Positions 54,201 to 64,000 of a stretch of 64,000 bases of DNA are shown here, one piece after another. The DNA is taken from assembly GCA_043228905.1 (NCBI GenBank), contig JBHGNT010000033.1, positions 124,001-188,000 of the forward strand. The letters run 5' to 3'. Position 1 is the stretch's first letter. Each line of letters opens with the position of its first letter. The translations under genes were made by a program, and so were the position numbers. Below the pieces are notes generated by a model. The model worked only from the letters and a program-made list of their open reading frames with translations, was not told where the DNA came from and searched no databases. This DNA is from Azolla caroliniana. Taxonomy: Eukaryota > Plantae > Polypodiophyta.

Positions 54201-57200
54201 AAACATGCGTATCCAAGCTAACAACGCTAGCTATGATATAGAATTAAAAAATGAAGATTTTGAAACTCAGGTCGAGAGACATGAAGAAATTAGCAAATTT
54301 GAGGAGGGACTTTAGAAGAGCTCGTGACTAGATCAAAATCTTCATACCTGGCTCGTGTGCTATCGGATTTTTGTGTTCAAACATGCGTATCGAAGCTAAC
54401 AACGCTAGCTATGATATAGATTTAAAAAATCGAGATTCTGAAACTCAGTTCGAGAGACATGAAGAAATTAGAAAATTTGAGGAGGTACTTGAGAAGAGCG
54501 CGTGAGTCAATTAAAATGTTCATACCTGGCTCGTGTGTTATCGGATTTTTGTGTTCAAACATGCGTATCGAAGCTAACAACGCTAGCTATGATATAGATT
54601 TAAAAAATCGAGATTCTGAAACTCAGGTCGAGAACCATGAAGAAATTAGCAAATTTGAGGAGGTACTTGAGAAGAGCGCGTGAGTCAATTAAAATGTTCA
54701 TACCTGGCTCGTGTGATATCGGATTTTTGTGTTCAAACATGCGTATCGAAGCTAACAACGCTAGCTATGATATAGATTTAGAAAATCGAGATTCTGAAAC
54801 TCAGGTCGAGAGACATGAAGAAATTAGCAAATTTGAGGAGGGACTTGAGAAGAGCGCGTGACTGAATTAAAATGTTCATACCTGGCGAGTGTGATATCGG
54901 ATTTTTGTGTTCAAACATGCGTATCGAAGCTAACAACGCTAGCTATGATTTTGAATTGAAAAATTCAAGATTTTGAAACTTAGGTCCAGAGACATGAAAA
55001 AATTAGCAAATTTGAGGAGGGACTTGAGAAGAGCGCGTGAGTCAATTAAAATGTTCATACCTGACTTGTGTGATATCGGATTTTTGTGTTCAAACATGCG
55101 TATCGAAGCTAACAACGCTAGCTATGATCTAGAATTAAAAAATGAAGATTTTGAAAGTCAGGCCGACAGACATGAAGAAATTAGCAAATTTGAGGAGGGA
55201 CTTTAGAAGAGCTCCTGACTAGATTAAAATGTTCATACCTGGCTCGTGTGCTATCGGATTTTTGTGGTCAAACATGCGTATCGAAGCTAACAACGCTAGC
55301 TATGATATAGATTTAAAAAATCGAAATTCTGAAACTCAGGTCGAGAGACATGAAGAAACTAGAAAATTTGAGGAGGTACTTGAGAAGAGCCAGTGAGTCA
55401 ATTAAAATGTTCATACCTGGCTCGTGTGATATCGGATTTTTGTGTTCAAACATGCGTATCGAAGCTAACAACGCTAGCTATGATATAGATTTAAAAAATC
55501 GAGATTCTGAAACTCAGGTCGAGAGACATGAAGAAATTAGCAAATTTGAGGAGGGACTTGAGAAGAGCGCGTGAGTCAATTAAAATGTTCATACCTGGCT
55601 AGTGTGATATCGGATTTTTGTGTTCAAACATGCGTATCGAAGCTAACAACGCTAGCTATGATATCGAATTAAAAAATCAAGATTTTGAAACTCAGGTCGA
55701 GAGACATGACGAAATTAGCAAATTTGAGGAGGGACTTGAGAAGAGCGCGTGAGTCAATTAAAATGTTCATACCTGGCTCGTGTGATATCGGATTTTTGTG
55801 TTCAAACATGCGTATCCAAGCTAACAACGCTAGCTATGATATAGAATTAAAAAATGAAGATTTTGAAACTCAGGTCGAGAGACATGAAGAAATTAGCAAA
55901 TTTGAGGAGGGACTTTAGAAGAGCTCGTGACTAGATCAAAATCTTCATACCTGGCTCGTGTGCTATCGGATTTTTGTGTTCAAACATGCGTATCGAAGCT
56001 AACAACGCTAGCTATGATATAGATTTAAAAAATCGAGATTCTGAAACTCAGTTCGAGAGACATGAAGAAATTAGAAAATTTGAGGAGGTACTTGAGAAGA
56101 GCGCGTGAGTCAATTAAAATGTTCATACCTGGCTCGTGTGTTATCGGATTTTTGTGTTCAAACATGCGTATCGAAGCTAACAACGCTAGCTATGATATAG
56201 ATTTAAAAAATCGAGATTCTGAAACTCAGGTCGAGAACCATGAAGAAATTAGCAAATTTGAGGAGGTACTTGAGAAGAGCGCGTGAGTCAATTAAAATGT
56301 TCATACCTGGCTCGTGTGATATCGGATTTTTGTGTTCAAACATGCGTATCGAAGCTAACAACGCTAGCTATGATATAGATTTAGAAAATCGAGATTCTGA
56401 AACTCAGGTCGAGAGACATGAAGAAATTAGCAAATTTGAGGAGGGACTTGAGAAGAGCGCGTGACTGAATTAAAATGTTCATACCTGGCGAGTGTGATAT
56501 CGGATTTTTGTGTTCAAACATGCGTATCGAAGCTAACAACGCTAGCTATGATTTTGAATTGAAAAATTCAAGATTTTGAAACTTAGGTCCAGAGACATGA
56601 AAAAATTAGCAAATTTGAGGAGGGACTTGAGAAGAGCGCGTGAGTCAATTAAAATGTTCATACCTGACTTGTGTGATATCGGATTTTTGTGTTCAAACAT
56701 GCGTATCGAAGCTAACAACGCTAGCTATGATCTAGAATTAAAAAATGAAGATTTTGAAAGTCAGGCCGACAGACATGAAGAAATTAGCAAATTTGAGGAG
56801 GGACTTTAGAAGAGCTCCTGACTAGATTAAAATGTTCATACCTGGCTCGTGTGCTATCGGATTTTTGTGGTCAAACATGCGTATCGAAGCTAACAACGCT
56901 AGCTATGATATAGATTTAAAAAATCGAAATTCTGAAACTCAGGTCGAGAGACATGAAGAAACTAGAAAATTTGAGGAGGTACTTGAGAAGAGCCAGTGAG
57001 TCAATTAAAATGTTCATACCTGGCTCGTGTGATATCGGATTTTTGTGTTCAAACATGCGTATCGAAGCTAACAACGCTAGCTATGATATAGATTTAAAAA
57101 ATCGAGATTCTGAAACTCAGGTCGAGAGACATGAAGAAATTAGCAAATTTGAGGAGGGACTTGAGAAGAGCGCGTGAGTCAATTAAAATGTTCATACCTG

Positions 57201-57410
57201 GCTAGTGTGATATCGGATTTTTGTGTTCAAACATGCGTATCGAAGCTAACAACGCTAGCTATGATATCGAATTAAAAAATCAAGATTTTGAAACTCAGGT
57301 CGAGAGACATGACGAAATTAGCAAATTTGAGGAGGGACTTGAGAAGAGCGCGTGAGTCAATTAAAATGTTCATACCTGGCTCGTGTGATATCGGATTTTT
57401 GTGTTCAAAC
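54200..57410. repeat. 9-monomer tandem duplication, period 1603 bp, 2 copies
   Basis: Matching ORFs lie at 54459/56062, 54637/56240, 54973/56576, 55350/56953 and 55685/57288. Private variants CTAGATCAAAATC and GATTTTGAATTGAAAAATTC occur in both copies. Confidence 0.93.
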
Positions 57411-57944
57411 ATGCGTATCGAAGCTAACAACGCTAGCTATGATATGGAATTAAAAAATCAAGATTTTGAAACTCAGGTCGAGAGACATGAAGACATTAGC
57501 AAATTTGAGGAGGGACTTGAGAAGAGCGCGTGAGCAAATTAAAATGTTCATACCTGGCTCGTGTGCTATCGGATTTTTGTGTTCAAACATGCGTATCGAA
57601 GCTAACAACGCTAGCTATGATATAGATTTAAAAAATCGAGATTCTGAAACTCAGGTAGAGAGACATGAAGAAATTAGCAAATTTGAGGAGGGACTTGAGA
57701 AGAGCGCGTGAGTCCATTAAAATGTTCATACCTGGGTAGTGTGATATCGGATTTTTGTGTTCAAACATGCATATCGAAGCTAACAACGCTAGCTATGATC
57801 TAGAATTAAAAAATCAAGATTTTGAAACTCAGGCCGACAGACATGACGAAATTAGCAAATTTGAGGAGGGACTTGAGAAGAGCGCGTGACTAAATTAAAA
57901 TGTTCATACCTGGCTCGTGTGATATCGTATTTTTGTGTTCAAAC

Positions 57945-60480
57945 ATGCGTATCGAAGCACACCACGCTAGCTATGATATAGAATTAAAAAATCGAGATTT
58001 TGAAACTCAGGTGGAGAGACATGAAGAAATTAGCAAACTTGAGGAGGTACTTGAGAAGAGCCCGTGAGTCAATTATAATGTTCATACCTGGCTCGTGTGA
58101 TATCGGATTTTTTTGTTCAAACATGCGTATCGAAGCTAACAACGCTAGCTATGATATAGAATTAAAAAATCAAGTATTTGAAACTCAGGTCGAGAGACAT
58201 GAAGAAATTAGCAAATTTGAGGAGGTCCTTGAGAAGAGCTCGTGAGTCAATTATAATGTTCATACCTGGCTTTTGTGCTATAGGATTTTTGTGTTCAAAC
58301 ATGCGTATCGAAGCTCATAACGCTAGCTATGATATAGAATTAAAAAATCGAGATTTTGTAACTGAGGTCGAGAGACATGAAGAAATTAGCAAACTTGAGG
58401 AGGTACTTGAGAAGAGCCCGTGAGTCAATTATAATGTTCATACTTGGCTCGTGTGATATCGGTTTTTTGTGTTCAAACATGCGTATCGAAGCTAACATCG
58501 CTAGTTATGATATAGAATTAAAAAATCTAGATTTTGAAACACAGGTCGAGAGACATGAAGAAATTAGCAAATTTGAGGAGGGGCTTTAGAAGAGCCCTTG
58601 AATAAATTAAAATGTTGATACCTGGCTCGTGTGCTATCGGATTTTTGTGTTCAAACATGCAAATCCAAGCTAACAACGCTAGCTATGATATGGAATTAAA
58701 AAATCGAGATTTTGAAACTCAGGTCGAGAGACATGAAGAAATTAGCAAATTTGAGGAGACATGAAGAAATTAGCAAATTTGAGGAGGTACTTGAGAAGAG
58801 CCCGTGAGTGAATTATAATGTTCATACCTGGCTCGTGTGATTTCGGATTTTTGTGTTCAAACATGAGTACTGAAGCTAACAATGCTAGCTATGATATAGA
58901 ATTAAAAAATCGAGATTTTGAAACTCAGGTCGAGAGACATGAAGAAATTAGCAAATTTGAGGAGGTACTTGAGAAGAGCCCGTGAGTGAATTATAATGTT
59001 CATACCTGGCCGTTGTGATATCGGATTTTTGTGTTCAAACATGAGTACTGAAGCTAACAACGCTAGCTATGATATAGAATTAAAAACTCGAGAGTTTAAA
59101 ACTCGGGTCGAAAGACATGAAGAAATTAGCAAATATGAGGAGGTACTTGAGAAGAGCTCGTGAGTCAATTATAATGTCCCTACCTGGGTCGTGTGCTATC
59201 GGATTTTTGTGTTCAAACATGCATATCGAAGCTAACAACGCTATCTATGATATAGAATTAAAAAATCGAGATTTTGAAACTCAGGTCGAGAGACATGAAG
59301 AAATTAGCAAATTTGAGGAGGTACTTGAGAAGAGCTCGTGACTCAATTTTAATGTTCATACCTGGCTCGTGTGATATCGGATTTTTGTGTTCAAACATGA
59401 GTATGGAAGCTCACAACGCTAGCTATGATATAGAATTAAAAAATCGAGATTTTGAAACTCAGGTGGAGAGACATGAAGAAATTAGCAAACTTGAGGAGGT
59501 ACTTGAGAAGAGCCCGTGAGTCAATTATAATGTTCATACCTGGCTCGTGTGATATCGGATTTTTGTGTTCAAACATGCGTATCGAAGCTAACAACGCTAG
59601 CTATGATATAGAATTAAAAAAACAAGTTTTTGAAACTCAGGTCGAGAGACATGAAGAAATTAGCAAATTTGAGGAGGTCCTTGAGAAGAGCTCGTGAGTC
59701 AATTATAATGTTCATACCTGGCTTTTGTGCTATCGGATTTTTGTGTTCAAACATGCATATCGAAGCTCACAACGCTAGCTATGATATAGAATTAAAAAAT
59801 CGAGATTTTGAAACTCAGGTCAAGAGACATGAAGAAATTAGAAAACTTGAGGAGGTACTTGAGAAGAGCCCGTGAGTCAATTATAATGTTCATACTTGGC
59901 TCGTGTGATATCGGATTTTTGTGTTCAAATATGCGTATCGAAGCTAACAACGCTAGCGATGATATAGAATTAAAAAATCAAGTTTTTGAAACTCAGGTCG
60001 AGAGACATGAAGAAATTAGCAAATTTGAGGAGGTATGAAGAAATTAGCAAATTTGAGGAGGTATCCAAGCTAACAACGCTAGCTATGATATGGAATTAAA
60101 AAATCGAGATTTTGAAATTCAGGTCGAGAGACATGAAGAAATTAGCAAATTTGAGGAGACATGAAGAAATTAGCAAATTTGAGGAGGTACTTGAGAAGAG
60201 CCCGTGAGTGAATTATAATGTTCATACCTGGCTCGTGTGATATCAGATTTTTGTGTTCAAACATGAGTACTGAAGCTAACAATGCTAGATATGATATAGA
60301 ATTAAAAAATCGAGATTTTGAAACTCAGGTCGAGAGACATGAAGAAATTAGCAAATTTGAGGAGGTACTTGAGAAGAGCCCGTGAGTGAATTATAATGTT
60401 CATACCTGGCCGTTGTGATATCGGATTTTTGTGTTCAAACATGAGTACTGAAGCTAACAACGCTAGCTATGATATAGAAT
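57945..60480. repeat. Domain-B block embedded in domain C
   Basis: An offset of 25622 maps 32378->58000, 32755->58377 and 33495->59117. An offset of 23510 then maps 35942->59452 and 36298->59808. B-diagnostic variants, 28-bp duplications and a 126-bp monomer are present. Confidence 0.88.
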
Positions 60481-63400
60481 TAAAAAATCAAGATATTGAA
60501 ACTCAGGTCGAGAGACATGAAGAAATTAGCAAATTTGAGGAGGGACTTGAGAAGAGCGCGTGAGTCAATTAAAATGTTCATACCTGGCTCGTGTGATATC
60601 GGATTTTTGTGTTCAAACATGCGTATCGAAGCTAAGAACGCTAGCTATGATATAGAATTAAAAAATCGAGATTCTGAAACTCAGGTCGAGAGACATGAAG
60701 AAATTAGAAAATTTGAGGAGGGACTTGAGAAGAGCGCGTGAGTCAATTAAAATGTTCATACCTGACTCGTGTGATATCGGATTTTCGTGTTCAAACATGC
60801 GTATCGAAGCTAACAACGCTAGCTATGATATCGAATTAAAAAATCGAGATTCTGAAACTCAGGTCGAGAGACATGAAGAAATTAGCAAATTTGAGGAGGG
60901 ACTTGAGAAGAGCGCGTGAGTCAATTAAAATTTTCATACCTGGCTCGTGTGATATCGGATTTTTGTGTTCAAACATGCGTATCGAAGCTAACAACGCTAG
61001 CTATGATATAGAATTAAAAAATCGAGATTCTGAAACTCAGGTCGAGAGACATGAAGAAATTAGGAAATTTGAGGAGGGAGTGAAGAAGAGCCAGTGAGTC
61101 AATTAAAATGTTCATACCTGGCTCGTGTGATATCGGATTTTTGTGTTTAAACATGCGTATCGAAGCTAACAACGCTAGCTATGATATCGAATTAAAAAAT
61201 CAAGATTTTGATACTCAGGTCGAGAGACATGAAGAAATTAGCAAATTTGAGGAGGGACTTGAGAAGAGCGCGTGAGTCAATTAAAATGTTCATACCTGAC
61301 TCGTGTGATATCGGATTTTCGTGTTCAAACATGCGTATCGAAGCTAACAACACTAGCTATGATATCGAATTAAAAAATCGAGATTCTGAAACTCAGGTCG
61401 AGAGACATGAAGAAATTAGAAAATTTGAGGAGGTACTTGAGAAGAGCGTGTGAGTCAATTAAAATGTTCATACCTGTGTCGTGTGATATCGGATTTTTGT
61501 GTTCAAACATGCTTTTAAAGCTAACAACGCTAGCTATCATATAGAATTAAAAAATCAAGATTTCGAAACTCAGGTCCAGAGACATGAAAAAATTATCCAA
61601 TTTGAGGAGGGACTTGAGAAGAGCGCGTGAGTCAATTAAAATGTTCATACCTGGCTCGTGTGATATCGGATTTTTGTGTTCAAACATGCGTATCGAAGCT
61701 AACAACGCTAGCTATGATATAGATTTAAAAAATCCAGAGTCTGAAACTCAGGTCGAGAGACATGAAGAAATTAGCAAATTTGAGGAGGGACTTGAGAAGA
61801 GCGCGTGAGTCAATTAAAATGTTCATACCTGGCTCGTGTGATATCGGATTTTTGTGTTCAAACATGCGTATCGAAGCTAACAACGCTAGCTATGATATAG
61901 AATTAAAAAATCAAGATTTTGAAACTCAGGTCGAGAGACATGAAGAAATTAGCAAATTTGAGGAGGGACTTGAGAAGAGCGAGTGAGTCAATTAAAATGT
62001 TCATACCTGGCTCGTGTGATATCGGATTTTTGTGTTCAAACATGCGTATCGAAGCTAACAACGCTAGCTATGATATAGAATTAAAAAATCGAGATTCTGA
62101 AACTCAGGTCGAGAGACATGAAGAAATTAGAAAATTTGAGGAGGGACTTGAGAAGAGCGCGTGAGTCAATTAAAATGTTCATACCTGACTCGTGTGATAT
62201 CGGATTTTCGTGTTCAAACATGCGTATCGAAGCTAACAACACTAGCTATGATATCGAATTAAAAAATCGAGATTCTGAAACTCAGGTCGAGAGACATGAA
62301 GAAATTAGCAAATTTGAGGAGGGACTTGAGAAGAGCGCGTGAGTCAATTAAAATGTTCATACCTGGCTCGTGTGCTATCGGATTTTTGTGGTCAAACATG
62401 CGTATCGAAGCTAACAACGCTAGCTATGATATAGATTTAAAAAATCGAAATTCTGAAACTCAGGTCGAGAGACATGAAGAAACTAGAAAATTTGAGGAGG
62501 TACTGGAGAAGAGCCAGTGAGTCAATTAAAATGTTCATACCTGGCTCGTGTGATATCGGATTTTTGTGTTCAAACATGCGTATCGAAGCTAACAACGCTA
62601 GCTATGATATAGATTTAAAAAATCGAGATTCTGAAACTCAGGTCGAGAGACATGAAGAAATTAGCAAATTTGAGGAGGGACTTGAGAAGAGCGCGTGAGT
62701 CAATTAAAATGTTCATACCTGGCTAGTGTGATATCGGATTTTTGTGTTCAAACATGCGTATCGAAGCTAACAACGCTAGCTATGATATCGAATTAAAAAA
62801 TCAAGATTTTGAAACTCAGGTCGAGAGACATGACGAAATTAGCAAATTTGAGGAGGGACTTGAGAAGAGCGCGTGAGTCAATTAAAATGTTCATACCTGG
62901 CTCGTGTGATATCGGATTTTTGTGTTCAAACATGCGTATCGAAGCTAACAACGCTAGCTATGATATGGAATTAAAAAATCGAGATTTTGAAACTCAGGTC
63001 GAGAGACATGAAGACATTAGCAAATTTGAGGAGGGACTTGAGAAGAGCGCGTGAGCAAATTAAAATGTTCATACCTGGCTCGTGTGCTATCGGATTTTTG
63101 TGTTCAAACATGCGTATCGAAGCTACCAACGCTAGCTATGATAGAGATTTAAAAAATCGAGATTCTGAAACTCAGGTAGAGAGACATGAAGAAATTAGCA
63201 AATTTGAGGAGGGACTTGAGAAGAGCGCGTGAGTCAATTAAAATGTTCATACCTGGCTCGTGTGATATCGGATTTTTGTGTTCAAACATGCGTATCGAAG
63301 CTAACAACGCTAGCTATGATATAGAATTAAAAAATGGAGATTTTGAAACTCAGGTCGAGAGACATGAAGAAATTAGCAAATTTGACGAGGGACTTGAGAA

Positions 63401-64000
63401 GAGCGCCTGAGTCAATTAAAATGTTCATACCTGGCTCGTGTGATATCGGATTTTTGTGTTCAAACATGCGGTATCGAAGCTATCAAAGCTAGCTATGATA
63501 TAGAATTAAAAAATCAAGATATTGAAACTCAGGTCGAGAGACATGAAGAAATTAGCAAATTTGAGGAGGGACTTGAGAAGAGCGCGTGAGCAAATTTAAA
63601 TATTCATACCTGGCTCGTGTGATATCGGATTTTTGTGTTTAAACATGCGTATCGAAGCTAACAACGCTAGCTATGATATCGAATTAAAAAATCAAGATTT
63701 TGAAACTCAGGTCGAGAGACATGAAGAAATTAGCAAATTTGAGGAGGCACTTTAGAAGAGCTCGTGACTAAATTAAAATGTTCATACCTGGGTCGTGTGA
63801 TATCGGATTTTTGTGTTCAAACATGCGTATCGAAGCTAACAACGCTAGCTATGATATAGAATTAAAAAATCGAGATTTTGAAACTCAGGTCAAGAGACAT
63901 GAAGAAATTAGAAAACTTGAGGAGGTACTTGAGAAGAGCCCGTGAGTCAATTATAATGTTCATACTTGGCTCGTGTGATATCGGATTTTTGTGTTCAAAT

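Larger units (their letters stand above)
49515..63830. repeat. Satellite domain C (almost indel-free 178-bp monomers), interrupted by a B island
   Basis: Diagnostic variants are GAGCGCGTGAGTCAATTAAAATG, GAGATTCTGAAAC, GATATAGATTT, AATGAAGATTT and GAGAACCATG. The translated motif switches from ESIIMF to ESIKMF. Confidence 0.88.
1..64000. repeat. Tandem satellite DNA array, 178-bp monomer, head-to-tail, running off both window ends
   Basis: AATTTGAGGAGG recurs at 1 and 179 (178-bp spacing) and throughout the window. Approximate consensus: AATTTGAGGAGGTACTTGAGAAGAGCCCGTGAGTCAATTATAATGTTCATACCTGGCTCGTGTGATATCGGATTTTTGTGTTCAAACATGCGTATCGAAGCTAACAACGCTAGCTATGATATAGAATTAAAAAATCGAGATTTTGAAACTCAGGTCGAGAGACATGAAGAAATTAGCA. 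ORF-track starts are often exactly 178 apart (e.g. 32200, 32378, 32556). Confidence 0.99.

Noticed and set aside
662-63410. Many 60-119 aa ORFs (MKLRSRDMKKLANLRR...)
   Set aside because: These are translations of the satellite. Because 178 is not a multiple of 3, the frame shifts in each monomer and the ORFs overlap. Stops are gained and lost freely, and I recognise no protein domain.
1-64000. CRISPR-like or diversity-cassette array
   Set aside because: There are no unique spacers. The whole 178 bp is repeated with only scattered variants, and no cas, integrase or reverse transcriptase genes are present.
1-64000. 5S rRNA, tRNA or snRNA tandem gene array; transposon insertions; inversions
   Set aside because: I see no recognisable RNA gene motifs, no non-satellite sequence, no terminal repeats and no orientation switch.

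Overview
The whole 64-kb window is one uninterrupted head-to-tail satellite DNA array with a 178-bp monomer (about 360 copies, all in one orientation; the consensus is about 38% GC by my hand count). I see no genes, transposons or unique spacers, and every ORF in the track is a translation of the repeat. The monomer length and organisation suggest eukaryotic centromeric, pericentromeric or other heterochromatic satellite. I cannot name the family or organism, and it does not match Arabidopsis CEN178 as I recall that sequence. The interesting signal is the internal architecture. (1) There are three monomer-subfamily domains: A at about 1-30.5 kb, B at about 30.5-47 kb and C at about 49.5-63.8 kb, with blocks of one domain embedded in another. 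(2) There are nested higher-order repeats (HORs) of 20, 24, 15 and 50 monomers in A, 10, 11 and 12 in B, and 8 and 9 in C. Their periods equal n x 178 plus the visible indels exactly. (3) Recurrent structural-variant monomers have microhomology or templated-insertion junctions, including a 28-bp sub-repeat that has grown to three copies. I found no evidence for a novel protein-coding or CRISPR-like system.
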